Assembly: GCA_040390045.1 (NCBI GenBank)
Contig: JAZJZC010000005.1
Span: 3,360 to 67,359, forward strand
Length of the DNA stretch: 64,000 bases
Direction of reading: 5' to 3'
Source: Patescibacteria group bacterium
GTDB lineage: Bacteria; Patescibacteriota; Minisyncoccia; Phycocordibacterales; SIBU01
Under the pieces are notes generated by a model. That model did not search any database, was not told the origin of the DNA, and saw only the letters and a list, made by a program, of their open reading frames with translations. Position numbers and translations under genes: made by a program. Positions within the stretch are counted from its first letter, which is position 1. Each line of letters opens with the position of its first letter. Positions 9,323-20,789 of this stretch are shown piece after piece.

Positions 9323-10474
9323 ATGGAAGGTCAAAAGTCTAACTTTTTTACGTGGGTAGTGGTGGTTGTGGTGATCGCCGTTGGTATTTTTCTTTACTCG
9401 ACATCTTCAAAGGTGCCACAAGAAACTGGTCCGGTTAAAATTGGAGTGATGTTGCCACTTACTGGTGACGCGGCGTCATACGGTGAAGGCGGACGAAATG
9501 TATATCAACTTGCCGTCGAAGAAATAAACGCGGCGGGTGGAGTTGACGGAAGACAAATCGAACTCGTTATCGAAGACAGTAAATGTAACGGCAAGGACGC
9601 TTCAAGCGCTGCGCAGAAACTGATAAATATTGATAAGGTTCAGATAATTCTCGGAGGATTCTGCAGTGGCGAGTCAATTGCCGCTACACCAATCGCAGCG
9701 GCGGGCAAGGTCGCTTTGTTTTCTCCGGGCTCGAGCAGTCCTGACTTGACCAATATCAGCCCTTACTTTTTCAGAAATTATCCAAGCGATGCGTCACAAG
9801 GAAAAGTTTTGGCAGAAACGGCTTACAACAGCAAGCAATGGAAAAAAGTGGCAGTGATTCAAGAGCAAACAGATTACGCACTCGGTGTTTTCAAATCATT
9901 TTCAACTTCCTTTGAAGGTTTTGGTGGAACAATTGTTAAAGAAGAAACCGAAACTGCCAATTCTGATTTTCGTTCAATTCTGACAAAACTCAAAGCGGCT
10001 AACGCTGACGCTCTCTTTATAGATACTCAAACTCCTGCTATGTCTGACCGAATTTTGAAACAAGTTCAGGATTTGGGTTGGAAGCCAGCGATTATTATTA
10101 ACGATGCTACAGCCGGAGATGTCGCACTTGTCATGAAATACAAAAATTTGCTTGAGGGCGCGATAACTGCCGAATTTAGTAGTGATCCAAAAAATCCTAC
10201 CATGAGCAAATTGCTCGCATCGTACAAAACTAAATTTAACGCTGATTTACCATTTCAAGCATACGGTCAGACAGAATACGATGCAGTCTATATGATCCGA
10301 GACGCAGTAAAAACAGTTGGCTACAATGGTGAAAAAATTGCCGCATGGTCAAGAACTGTTAAAGATTGGGAGGGCGCATCTGGTAAAGTGACGATCGGTT
10401 CAAACGGAGACAGGGTTGGTGGACACACGGTAGAAGTGGTGAAGGCCGGTAAAGTGGAGAAATACGTTCAGTAA
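9323..10474 (+). CDS. livK: branched-chain amino acid ABC transporter substrate-binding protein
   Basis: N-terminal TM anchor; KIGVMLPLTG, EINAAGGVDGR, GGFCSG; heads liv cluster. Confidence 0.9.
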   Translation: MEGQKSNFFTWVVVVVVIAVGIFLYSTSSKVPQETGPVKIGVMLPLTGDAASYGEGGRNVYQLAVEEINAAGGVDGRQIELVIEDSKCNGKDASSAAQKLINIDKVQIILGGFCSGESIAATPIAAAGKVALFSPGSSSPDLTNISPYFFRNYPSDASQGKVLAETAYNSKQWKKVAVIQEQTDYALGVFKSFSTSFEGFGGTIVKEETETANSDFRSILTKLKAANADALFIDTQTPAMSDRILKQVQDLGWKPAIIINDATAGDVALVMKYKNLLEGAITAEFSSDPKNPTMSKLLASYKTKFNADLPFQAYGQTEYDAVYMIRDAVKTVGYNGEKIAAWSRTVKDWEGASGKVTIGSNGDRVGGHTVEVVKAGKVEKYVQ

Positions 10475-10489
10475 AATTTTTAGGTTGGT

Positions 10490-10529
10490 GAAAACCCCCC
10501 GATCTGCCGCGGCAGATCGGGGGGTTTTC
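10490..10529. repeat. 40-bp perfect palindrome between livK and livH (partial terminator or mRNA stabiliser)
   Basis: gaaaaccccccgatctgccg|cggcagatcggggggttttc. Confidence 0.75.
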
Positions 10530-10590
10530 GTTTGAATTTCCCCTCCAAAACTGTTAGAGTTTTAGGGTCTGGTTCCACTCTAAAGATTGT

Positions 10591-11457
10591 ATGGATATTT
10601 TTCCTCAACTTGTCGTCAATAGTTTAATTACCGCTTCAATCTATGCTATTTTAGCTATCGGTTTTAATCTGATTTACAGCACGGCTAAATTTTTTGATCT
10701 CGGATTTGGCGCGACGACTGCCGTGGCTGGGTTTGCAACATTTTTTTTCATTGATCGGCTAGGATTGCCACTCATCATTTCTGCCTTTGGTGGAATCGTG
10801 GCGGCCGGGTTACTGAGTTTTTTTAGCTACAAACTTGTTTACCAGCCTCTGCGAGAGAGGAAGGCGACGAGCACGGTGATGCTGGTTGCCTCACTTGGTA
10901 TTTTCACCGCGGTGCAAGCGGCCATTGCCATTTTGTTTACAAGCCAATTCAGAAGTTTGGCTCGAAATTTTGATTCCGCCGATTCGTTTAAGGTTCTCGG
11001 TGGCGTTTTCAGTTTTACTCAACTCATTCTTTTTATATGCGCGCTGTTGGTTACAGCATTACTTTGGATTTTAATTACAAAAACAAAATTTGGAAAAGCT
11101 TTAACCGCAATTAGCGACGATGAGGAAGTGGCAAAAATTGTTGGTATCAACACTTCAAAAATTCTTGGGTACATGTTTTTTATTGCGGGATGTTTTGGTG
11201 GACTTTGCGGAGTGTTGGTTGGTTTTGATACTGGCATTGAGCCAAACATGGGTTTTGTGATTTTGCTCGGGGCGATTGTGGCGACGATTATAGGAGGCGC
11301 GGGGAACGTTTTTTCGGCGGCGGCGGGTGCACTGCTTCTCGGGTTCATTGAAAATTTTGGCATTTGGAAATTTTCCGGTGAATGGAAGTTTGCCATTTCT
11401 ATGGTCGTTTTGATTTTGTTTTTATTGTTTCGGCCGAAGGGCATTTTTAAACGATAA
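10591..11457 (+). CDS. livH: branched-chain amino acid ABC permease
   Basis: YAILAIGFNLIY, TKFGKALTAISDD, IIGGAG, FRPKG. Confidence 0.93.
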   Translation: MDIFPQLVVNSLITASIYAILAIGFNLIYSTAKFFDLGFGATTAVAGFATFFFIDRLGLPLIISAFGGIVAAGLLSFFSYKLVYQPLRERKATSTVMLVASLGIFTAVQAAIAILFTSQFRSLARNFDSADSFKVLGGVFSFTQLILFICALLVTALLWILITKTKFGKALTAISDDEEVAKIVGINTSKILGYMFFIAGCFGGLCGVLVGFDTGIEPNMGFVILLGAIVATIIGGAGNVFSAAAGALLLGFIENFGIWKFSGEWKFAISMVVLILFLLFRPKGIFKR

Positions 11458-11460
11458 ATT

Positions 11461-12327
11461 ATGGATTATTTTATTCATTTAGCAATTTTGTTTTCGATCT
11501 ACGGCATTTTAGCTCTTTCGCTTAACCTCGTTGTTGGGTATACCGGTCTTATTTCTTTGGCCCACGCCGCCTTTTTCGGTTTTGGCGCCTATGCCACAGC
11601 CATTTCCATGACCAAATTTGGAACCAACTTTTTTCTGTCAGTCCTCATCGGGATGGTGGTCGCCGCGAGTTTGGCTACTCTTATCGGAATTGTACTTTCA
11701 AGATTGAAAGGGGATTACTACACGTTAGGTTCACTTGGATTTAATTTGATAGCGTGGAGCATTTTTATAAACTTCGAACAGTTGACCCGGGGGCCGCTTG
11801 GCATTCCCGGCATACCAAGACCTCAATTTTTCGGGATACATTTCAGTGACAACTTTTCATTTTTACTTTTAACGCTTGTTTTTTTGGCGCTTGTCTACGC
11901 GCTATCAAGATTTGTGGTCACGTCTTCTTTTGGACGCGTGCTCAAGGCTATTCGCGAAGATGAAAAGGCCATTCAAATTTTTGGTTACAAAACTCAAAAT
12001 TACAAATTGTTAATTTTTGTTATTGCAGGAGCGTTAGCCGCCATAGCTGGTTCGTTGTTCGCGTCCTACATTAGTTTTATTGATCCGTATAATTTTACGA
12101 TTAACGAATCGGTTTTCATGCTTTCAATCATTATTTTGGGCGGGTTAGCGAATGTGCGAGGCGCTCTTTTGGGAGCGCTATTTTTGGTTCTTCTACCTGA
12201 ATTTTTACGCTTTGTTGGTTTCCCACCGGACATTGCCGCGCAAACACGACTGGTGGTGTATGGTTTAATGCTGGTGATTTTGATGCTCTATCGTCCGCAG
12301 GGGTTGCTTGGAGAATACAAATTATAA
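11461..12327 (+). CDS. livM: branched-chain amino acid ABC permease
   Basis: LNLVVGYTGLISLAHAAFFG, RLKGDY, LTRGPLGI, FGRVLKAIREDE. Confidence 0.95.
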   Translation: MDYFIHLAILFSIYGILALSLNLVVGYTGLISLAHAAFFGFGAYATAISMTKFGTNFFLSVLIGMVVAASLATLIGIVLSRLKGDYYTLGSLGFNLIAWSIFINFEQLTRGPLGIPGIPRPQFFGIHFSDNFSFLLLTLVFLALVYALSRFVVTSSFGRVLKAIREDEKAIQIFGYKTQNYKLLIFVIAGALAAIAGSLFASYISFIDPYNFTINESVFMLSIIILGGLANVRGALLGALFLVLLPEFLRFVGFPPDIAAQTRLVVYGLMLVILMLYRPQGLLGEYKL

Positions 12328-12328
12328 T

Positions 12329-13060
12329 ATGAACACGCTTCGTATAAAAAAATTACATAAGCAATATGGAGGAGTTTCGGCGGTGGATAATTTGAGCCTG
12401 GAGATTTCTTCCGGAAAAATTACTAGTATTGTCGGACCAAACGGTTCAGGCAAATCCACCCTCGTTAATCTTTTAACCGGTTTCGTGCCGATTGATTCAG
12501 GCGAAGTGGATTTTGGTCATGAGAAACTACTATCAATTAAAGCTTACGAAATAAAAACCTATGGTTTGACGCGTACGTTTCAGGAGGTAAGACTGTTTGA
12601 ACAAATGAAAGTTTTGGATAACATCTTAGTTGTTCTGACTGGACGTTCAGTGTGGTCGGCGTTGTTTGAGCGCCACGAAAAATTTCACCACGACAAAGCT
12701 GAAGATGCCCTGCGCCGCGTTGGCCTTTGGGAAAAGAGAAATGAGCTGGCAAAAAATCTTTCATACGGTCAGAGAAAGTTACTTGAAATCGCGCGGGTGA
12801 TTGCCATGAACGCGGAAATTATTTTATTCGATGAACCTTTTGCCGGACTGTTTCCCGAAATGCTTAAAATTGTGGTAAAAATTTTGAAGGAATTTCGTGA
12901 GCAAGGGAAAACCATAATTTTAATTGAGCACAACATGGATTTAATTCGAGAATTGAGTGACCATCTATTCGTCATGGATAGCGGAAAACTTTTAACCGAA
13001 GGCAAGCCGGAGGTGGTGTTAGCCCGGCGCGATGTGATCGAGGCGTATCTCGGTGAATAA
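12329..13060 (+). CDS. livG: branched-chain amino acid ABC ATPase
   Basis: GPNGSGKST, RTFQ, LSYGQRKLLEIAR, DEPFAG, IEHNM. Confidence 0.95.
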   Translation: MNTLRIKKLHKQYGGVSAVDNLSLEISSGKITSIVGPNGSGKSTLVNLLTGFVPIDSGEVDFGHEKLLSIKAYEIKTYGLTRTFQEVRLFEQMKVLDNILVVLTGRSVWSALFERHEKFHHDKAEDALRRVGLWEKRNELAKNLSYGQRKLLEIARVIAMNAEIILFDEPFAGLFPEMLKIVVKILKEFREQGKTIILIEHNMDLIRELSDHLFVMDSGKLLTEGKPEVVLARRDVIEAYLGE

Positions 13061-13066
13061 TATTGT

Positions 13067-13795
13067 ATGAAAGAAATTTTACTTAAAATTGAAAATATTC
13101 ATGTCCACTATGGTGGGGTCAAAGCACTTTCCGGCGCGAGCATTTCTCTTGATGAAGGTGAGATTGTAGCGCTCATGGGTCCAAACGGCGCTGGGAAATC
13201 TACCATTTTGAAAACAGTTTTTGGGTTAGCGCCGATCTCATCCGGAAAAGTGCTTTGGCACGAGCAAGAAATTTTTCCTATTCCGCACGAAATAGTAGCG
13301 CGTGGAATTTCTTTTGTGCCGCAGGGTCGTCGAGTGTTTTCTCATTTGACAGTTTTGGAAAATTTGGAGATGGGAGCATACACTGTCGCCGACAAAAAAG
13401 AAGTCAGTCGAAGGATAACCGAAGTATTGGAAACTTTTCCGGCGTTGAAGCACAAAATCAGCGCAAAATCGGGTACGCTTTCGGGTGGTCAACAGCAAAT
13501 GTTGGCTATCGCTCGCGGCCTGATGACCGATCCAAAGATTTTACTTTTGGACGAACCATCGCTCGGTCTCGCTCCAAAAATTGTCAAAGAAGTTTTTGAA
13601 ACCATACGGCGAATTAATGAACGCCACAAAACTGCGGTGCTTATTGTAGAGCACAATGTTAAATCGCTTTTTGAAATTGTGAATCGAGCGTACGTTCTGG
13701 ATAAAGGTGAAGTGGTGGCTGAGGGTGAGCCTCAGAAGTTGATCGCTTCAGGAATTTTTGAAAAAGTTTTGCTCGGCCATATCAACTCCAAGTAA
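13067..13795 (+). CDS. livF: branched-chain amino acid ABC ATPase
   Basis: GPNGAGKST, VPQGRRVF, LSGGQQQMLAIAR, DEPSLGLAP. Confidence 0.95.
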   Translation: MKEILLKIENIHVHYGGVKALSGASISLDEGEIVALMGPNGAGKSTILKTVFGLAPISSGKVLWHEQEIFPIPHEIVARGISFVPQGRRVFSHLTVLENLEMGAYTVADKKEVSRRITEVLETFPALKHKISAKSGTLSGGQQQMLAIARGLMTDPKILLLDEPSLGLAPKIVKEVFETIRRINERHKTAVLIVEHNVKSLFEIVNRAYVLDKGEVVAEGEPQKLIASGIFEKVLLGHINSK

Positions 13796-13833
13796 TTCTT
13801 TTTTCGTCTTTTAATTCGTGTTACTCTGTATAT

Positions 13834-14781
13834 ATGGAAATTCTTAGAGAATTTAAGGCTCTGGGCAAGCATGATGTCGGGATTGCGGGAGGGAAAGGAG
13901 CATCACTTGGTGAAATGACACAGGCGGGAATTCCGGTGCCACCTGGGTTTGTGTTGCTCTCGAGTGCGTTTGAAAGATTTATTGAAGAAACGGATCTCAA
14001 TGTTGAGATTGATGCGATTTTGCATAAAGTAGATCACAAAGAAATTCACACAGTGGATCGAGCGTCGGAAGAAATTCAGGCTCTGATTCTTGCTGCGAAA
14101 ATGCCGAAGGATATTGAAGCGGAAATTGAAAAATATTTTAAAAAATTAGGAGCGACATTTGTGGCGGTGCGTTCAAGTGCTACAGCGGAAGATTCAGCTT
14201 CGGCGGCGTGGGCAGGACAACTAGATAGTTTTCTCAATACCACCGAAAAAACTTTACTGGAAAATGTAAAGCGCTGTTGGGCCTCGCTTTTTACACCTCG
14301 GGCAATTTTTTATCGATTTGAAAAAGATTTGCATAAAACCAAAATTTCCGTGGCCGTGGTGGTTCAAAAAATGGTGGAATCCGAAATTTCCGGCATCGCT
14401 TTTTCGGTCCATCCGGTGACGGAAGATCGCAATCAACTCATTATCGAAGGAGGATTGGGCCTTGGCGAGGCGATTGTTTCTGGACAGATTACTCCCGATA
14501 GTTATGTCGTCGAAAAAGTCCCGCTAAAAATCCTCGATATTAATGTTTCAACTCAAGAGCGTGGCTTGTTCAAAAAGCTTGGTGGCGGTAACGAGTGGCG
14601 AGACATCTCTACACTTGAAGGTGAGAAACAAAAATTAACCGAAGTTCAAATTCTCGAGCTGTCCGAGCTTATCATTCACATTGAAAATCATTACGGTTTT
14701 CCCTGTGACATCGAATGGGCGTTCGCCGAAGGAAAATTTTACATTGTTCAAAGTCGCCCGATTACAACGCTTAAAAATTAG
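13834..14781 (+). CDS. stand-alone PEP synthase/PPDK-type N-terminal ATP-grasp (nucleotide-binding) domain
   Basis: GGKGASLGEM, PVPPGF, AVRSSATAEDS, GLGEAIVSG..TPD, DIEWA; ends at QSRPITTL with no His or TIM-barrel domain. Confidence 0.93.
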   Translation: MEILREFKALGKHDVGIAGGKGASLGEMTQAGIPVPPGFVLLSSAFERFIEETDLNVEIDAILHKVDHKEIHTVDRASEEIQALILAAKMPKDIEAEIEKYFKKLGATFVAVRSSATAEDSASAAWAGQLDSFLNTTEKTLLENVKRCWASLFTPRAIFYRFEKDLHKTKISVAVVVQKMVESEISGIAFSVHPVTEDRNQLIIEGGLGLGEAIVSGQITPDSYVVEKVPLKILDINVSTQERGLFKKLGGGNEWRDISTLEGEKQKLTEVQILELSELIIHIENHYGFPCDIEWAFAEGKFYIVQSRPITTLKN

Positions 14782-14830
14782 GTTGGTTGTTGTACTTCTC
14801 GAACTATGCTTTAATTGAGGCCTAATTTAA

Positions 14831-16105
<1,275 letters not shown>

Positions 16106-16123
16106 TGCGAAGCGCACTTGATG

Positions 16124-16256
16124 GAATTAGGAATTACGAATTAAGAATTAGGAATGGGAAAAATTAAAATAAGAATTTAAGAATGAAAGACAAGAAAACC
16201 AAGAAAAAATCAGAAGATCTCTCTTCTCATAATTCATCATTCCTAATTCATAATTC
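16124..16256. repeat. degenerate GAATTA(A/G) heptamer tract plus inverted copy inside the next CDS
   Basis: 16138-16156 pairs with 16238-16256 (18/19 match). Confidence 0.7.
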
Positions 16257-17205
16257 TGCCCGTCGGCGGGCATTGGTGGTTGGGTCTGTTGCATATGACG
16301 TGATTTTTGGTATTCACGGAAAAATTCAAGACGAGATTTTGATTGAAAACGGTAAACTTGGACGGCAGAATTTGATGTTCACCGCCAAAGATAAGAAACA
16401 TTTTTTTGGTGGAACAGGTGGAAATATTTCATATGGTTTGGGAAAGACTGGCATGAAGCCGTTGCTTTTTTCTGTTGCAGGGAAAGATTTTGAAGGGGAA
16501 TTTGAAAATCATTTAAAAACTTCAGGGGTTGATTTACGGGTGGTTGTAAAGAAAGATGAGTGGACAGCAACTTTTTATGGTATGTCTGACGAAGAGACTC
16601 AGCAAATTGGCGTCTATCAGCCGAACGCCTATGCCGCGATTGATACCACTTCGCTTTCCGCTACAATTTCGGAAAAGGATTTTTCAGAAATAGGAGTAGC
16701 GATTTTTTCCGCTGGTACTGGAAAAAGTATTTTTAAGCAGATGAAAGAGTTGCGAGCGAGACTCGGCAACGAGGTGGTTATTATTTTCGATCCAGGACAG
16801 GTTATTTCAATTTTTTACGATAAAAAACCTTTAGAGGAAACGTTAGCTCTGTCTGACATTTTTATCGGCAATGAAGTGGAGTTTAAACAGATGGAGGGAA
16901 TTTTGGGATATACCTATGAAAAACTTTTACAAAAAGGACTAAAAGCCGTCGTGAAAACGGTCGGAGAAAAGGGAAGTGTTATCTACGAAAAAAATCGTAC
17001 GACTGAGATCAAGGCGGTCAAAGCGAAAAAAGTTGTAGAGACCACAGGTGCGGGCGACGCCTATCGCGCTGGTCTTATCTACGGATTGCTCAATGGTTTA
17101 GATTTAGCGGCTGCCTGTCGCATTGGCGCCAAACTCGGTGCCAAAAATGTGGAAACGGTTGGTGGGCAAGCCTATGAAATTAGCAAAGCTGATTTGAAAA
17201 GCTAA
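16183..17205 (+). CDS. PfkB-family kinase, probably adenosine/nucleoside kinase
   Basis: GSVAYD, GGTGGNISY, FDPGQ, NEVE, ETTGAGDAYRAG; follows ahcY. Confidence 0.9.
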   Translation: MKDKKTKKKSEDLSSHNSSFLIHNSARRRALVVGSVAYDVIFGIHGKIQDEILIENGKLGRQNLMFTAKDKKHFFGGTGGNISYGLGKTGMKPLLFSVAGKDFEGEFENHLKTSGVDLRVVVKKDEWTATFYGMSDEETQQIGVYQPNAYAAIDTTSLSATISEKDFSEIGVAIFSAGTGKSIFKQMKELRARLGNEVVIIFDPGQVISIFYDKKPLEETLALSDIFIGNEVEFKQMEGILGYTYEKLLQKGLKAVVKTVGEKGSVIYEKNRTTEIKAVKAKKVVETTGAGDAYRAGLIYGLLNGLDLAAACRIGAKLGAKNVETVGGQAYEISKADLKS

Positions 17206-17233
17206 ATCTCTTTGTTGTAGTACAATAGTACCC

Positions 17234-18550
17234 ATGTTAAAAGCCAATCCAACAACACTCGTGGTTTTTGGAGCCACGGGGGATTTGTTTCGAACGAAAT
17301 TGGCGCCGGCCTTGCTTGCGCTTTCCGACAAGAAGGAGTTGCCGGAATTTTTACGTATCGTCGCTTTTTCCCGCCGTCCTTGGGATAACGAAAAATTTCG
17401 AGAATTTATACGAGAGGCCCTTGTGAGCAAAGCTCCAGACATTTCCACTGAGATTCTCGAAGCATTTCTTGATCGTATTTTTTACTGCGAGGGTAATTTT
17501 GACACTTTGGAAAGTTATCAAAAGGTTGCTGAGATGTTTGCGCGTTTTGATGCTGAGGCTGGTGTGTGCACCAACAAACTTTTGTATCTTGCTACTTCAC
17601 CTGCGTTTTACGAAACGATTCTTCAAAAAATTTCTAGTTCTGGTTTGGCAATTCCTTGTGCGCCTGTCGAGGGTCAATCGGAAACTGGCTGGACTCGGGT
17701 GCTTATCGAAAAACCATTTGGACATGATTTAAAAAACGCGGAGCGACTGGACAACTTGCTTGCCCAACTTTTTACCGAAGAACAAATTTTTCGTATTGAT
17801 CATTATTTGGCCAAAGAAACTATGCGTAGCATTTTGCAGTTCCGTTTTTCTAACGGGCCGTTCGAATCAATTTGGAATTCAGAGAACATCGATACTATCG
17901 ATGTAAAATTTTTAGAAAAGGATGGTGTCGGAAGCCGCGGGGAATCATACGATGGGGTGGGTGCTCTGCGAGATGTGGGGCAAAATCATTTACTTCAGAT
18001 GGCGACATTGGTGGCTATGGAAAATCCACGCAAGTTTTCGGTGGAAGCCATTCGGAAAGCTCGCGCCGAGGTGCTCGAAAAATTTAAATTAGCAGAAACC
18101 CCGCCGCCGTTGCGCGCGCAGTACGTGGGTTTTCGTGAGGAGAAAGCTGTGTCTCCTAATTCTCAAACGGAAACTTATTTTCGCTGTACACTTAATTCAA
18201 GTGCACCACGTTGGCGCGACACCGCTTTTGTTTTGGAGGCCGGCAAGGCTACGGGGGAACATAGAGTTGAGATTGTTATTCATTTTAAAAAGTCACATGA
18301 CTTGGTTTGTCCCGTCGACGCTGTGTGTAGCGCGGGAGATAACACAGTCAAATTTGATATCCTATCTTCTTCAAACAAACGTTCCGATGCGTATGAACGA
18401 GTACTGCTCGATGCAATTATGGGAGATCAAACACTTTTCATATCAACAGCAGAAGTCATTGCCGAATGGAAACTTGTCGAAGAAATTTTCAAAAAGTGGG
18501 AGAAGACTGAATTGGTGCACTATGCGAAAGGATCGATGCCAAAAATTTAA
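17234..18550 (+). CDS. zwf: glucose-6-phosphate 1-dehydrogenase (short C-terminal domain)
   Basis: GATGDL, EKPFG, RIDHYLAKE, DVGQNHL. Confidence 0.95.
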   Translation: MLKANPTTLVVFGATGDLFRTKLAPALLALSDKKELPEFLRIVAFSRRPWDNEKFREFIREALVSKAPDISTEILEAFLDRIFYCEGNFDTLESYQKVAEMFARFDAEAGVCTNKLLYLATSPAFYETILQKISSSGLAIPCAPVEGQSETGWTRVLIEKPFGHDLKNAERLDNLLAQLFTEEQIFRIDHYLAKETMRSILQFRFSNGPFESIWNSENIDTIDVKFLEKDGVGSRGESYDGVGALRDVGQNHLLQMATLVAMENPRKFSVEAIRKARAEVLEKFKLAETPPPLRAQYVGFREEKAVSPNSQTETYFRCTLNSSAPRWRDTAFVLEAGKATGEHRVEIVIHFKKSHDLVCPVDAVCSAGDNTVKFDILSSSNKRSDAYERVLLDAIMGDQTLFISTAEVIAEWKLVEEIFKKWEKTELVHYAKGSMPKI

Positions 18551-18605
18551 AAGAGGAAAGGTCTAATTGTCTGAACTTAGAGAGACTGTATAAAATTTCC
18601 AATTG

Positions 18606-18641
18606 CGTCATTCACACATTCGTACGAATGTGTGAATGACG
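18606..18641. repeat. 36-bp perfect palindrome
   Basis: cgtcattcacacattcgt|acgaatgtgtgaatgacg. Confidence 0.85.
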
Positions 18642-18655
18642 ATGATATAAATTAT

Positions 18656-18673
18656 ACTTTAGTTAACTAAAGT
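18656..18673. repeat. 18-bp palindrome ACTTTAGTTAACTAAAGT, copy 1 of 3
   Basis: Identical core at 22470-22487 and 40917-40934. Confidence 0.85.
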
Positions 18674-18783
18674 GCAGTGAAAATACAGGAGTTAAGATAA
18701 TTAATTATTAATAAATTCTGAAAATAAAAAACCGCGCGCAAATCAGATTTGCGCGCGGGGTGATGCGATTGTTTTTTGTGCCA

Positions 18784-19368
18784 CTATTCCAGCAGTCTGA
18801 TTTTCAGTGCCGTGGTACCATCGTCGACAATTTCGAACTTGCGGAATCCATTGCCTGCGAGTGTTGACTGATCTAGAATTGTTTGGATTCCAATTGTGTC
18901 GGTGACCCCCAATGCAACTGCAACAAGCCCGGCGAGGATTGGTCGGTGAGTAAAGACCAGTGCTCTATCCGCGCTCACAGGTGAATTGTTGTAAATAACT
19001 GCCATCGAACATATCGCCTGGCCTTGCCATGTATGGACATCATCCCGTTCGTGGCCAGGGTAAGGAATTATGGTACCGTCAGCATCAAGGTTGCCGTAAT
19101 GGCCGAGCTCCTCGATACACGTGACTTTCTTGATGTTGAGACGTTTGACGACGGTACACATGGAACCACACGCTCGATCCATTAGTGAACAGAAGGTTAC
19201 TTGATAGGGTCCCATTGCTCTGAGACGTGGGACCAGAGCAAGCATGTAGGCCTTCCCACTCATTGTCATTGGCGGATCAGCTGCGAGTGTCACCTCGCAT
19301 CCAGCAACCCCAGTAAGTTTTGGCCCATGGGGAACCACGACAAGGATCATACTATTTCTGACAAGCAT
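18784..19368 (-). CDS. degenerate histidine-phosphatase-fold protein
   Basis: VVPHG in place of RHG, CSLMDRA, LVFTH; own TTGACA promoter and terminator (18732-18758). Confidence 0.6.
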   Translation of the reverse strand: MLVRNSMILVVVPHGPKLTGVAGCEVTLAADPPMTMSGKAYMLALVPRLRAMGPYQVTFCSLMDRACGSMCTVVKRLNIKKVTCIEELGHYGNLDADGTIIPYPGHERDDVHTWQGQAICSMAVIYNNSPVSADRALVFTHRPILAGLVAVALGVTDTIGIQTILDQSTLAGNGFRKFEIVDDGTTALKIRLLE

Positions 19369-19474
19369 AAGACCTTTCTTTTAGCAGGGCGACATTGCCC
19401 CGCTAACTGGAAAGGAAAATAGCACATTTAGTCGCATATTGTCAACTATACAAATCTAGAGTAAAATTGCGAGA

Positions 19475-20779
19475 ATGCCCCCCGAAAAAATTAAAGAAAA
19501 TGTTTTGAAATATAACTGGGAACACTGGATAGACAGGGATCAAGGTGCCTTTTTTTGTTCTCTTGAAAAAGGCGGTGATAGTAGGTTTTTCATGCAAAAA
19601 GTCGGTGTAGATACTGAGTTGCCCGCATCAGTTTTTCAAAATGGAGCTTGGTATGCGAGTGAAGAAGTATGGGAAATTTTTAGTAAGGAGTTGCATCAGT
19701 GGCTAGACAACAGTGGTGATATTTTTCAGGTGGTAAAAAGCTGTGAAGAATATTTGCAACAGCACAAAAAAACCATTAACCAACTCATTTCGTCAAAGAT
19801 TTCTCCGAAGGATAAGTTGATAAAAATGTATGATATTTTTACGCAGATGTTTAGTTATATATGGCTTGCGCATGGTTTTGAGCAGGTATTTGTGAAAAAA
19901 ATGCGTCTTGAAGTTCCAAGATACATCTCCGGCGATATTGAAAAGATTATTGGCGACATTAGCTTTCCGATAAAGAAAAATGCCCATTATTATTTTGAGC
20001 AGGCTCTTCGGAGTGAGATGCCGCTTGAAAAAGTTCATGAAAAATTTGCTTGGATAAAAGCTCGAGGTGGGTTTGCAGATGGTTTTACCACCAAAGAACT
20101 GACACTCGAAAGAAAAAGATTGGAAAAATTTGAACCTGTGGCTCAATTTGCTTATCCTGTGGTGCCGCCAGAATTAAAAGAACTTGTTTCGATATCCCAA
20201 GAGTTGGTTTATTTTAGAACTTTGCGCACTGATGTTTTGTATGAATTGATGTGGCAAGCCCGACCTGTTCTCACTGAAATCGCTGAGCACTTTGGTTTAA
20301 CATTTGCCGAGTTGCGTGACTACAGCGCACTCGATCTTATGGAAGGTAAAATTCAAAAGTATGAATACGGCAATTTTTCAGTTGCTTCATTTGGAGAAGA
20401 GTTCGCGATATTTCACCAGCCCATTATCCTAGAGAAAAAACAGGTTGCTGTAACAGAGCTAAAAGGCGCTGTTGCTTTTAAGGGTCTTGTGCAAGGAAAG
20501 GTGAAGGTGGTTATGGTGGCACATAATATTGGTAAGGTTAATGAGGGTGATATTTTGGTTGCTCCAACCACAGCTCCTTCATACATCATGGGTATGCAAA
20601 AAGCGGCCGCTTTTGTGACAGATGAGGGTGGAATTACTTCGCATACGGCCATTATCGCTCGTGAAATGAAGAAGCCTTGTATAATTGGCACTAAGATTGC
20701 CACTAAAGTCTTGAAAGACGAGGATTTAGTTGAGGTTGACGCGAACGCTGGTGTGGTGAAATTACTCAAAAAGGCATAA
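19475..20779 (+). CDS. PEP-utilising phospho-His swivel-domain protein 1, uncharacterised helical N-terminus
   Basis: C-terminal GDILVAPTT..TDEGGITSHTAIIAREMKKPCIIGT..VEVDA. Confidence 0.9.
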   Translation: MPPEKIKENVLKYNWEHWIDRDQGAFFCSLEKGGDSRFFMQKVGVDTELPASVFQNGAWYASEEVWEIFSKELHQWLDNSGDIFQVVKSCEEYLQQHKKTINQLISSKISPKDKLIKMYDIFTQMFSYIWLAHGFEQVFVKKMRLEVPRYISGDIEKIIGDISFPIKKNAHYYFEQALRSEMPLEKVHEKFAWIKARGGFADGFTTKELTLERKRLEKFEPVAQFAYPVVPPELKELVSISQELVYFRTLRTDVLYELMWQARPVLTEIAEHFGLTFAELRDYSALDLMEGKIQKYEYGNFSVASFGEEFAIFHQPIILEKKQVAVTELKGAVAFKGLVQGKVKVVMVAHNIGKVNEGDILVAPTTAPSYIMGMQKAAAFVTDEGGITSHTAIIAREMKKPCIIGTKIATKVLKDEDLVEVDANAGVVKLLKKA

Positions 20780-20789
20780 GATAGTGGGG

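Noticed and set aside
13834-14781. Pseudogenised ppsA
   Set aside because: The stop is exactly at the domain boundary, motifs are intact, and no remnant of the remaining domains follows.
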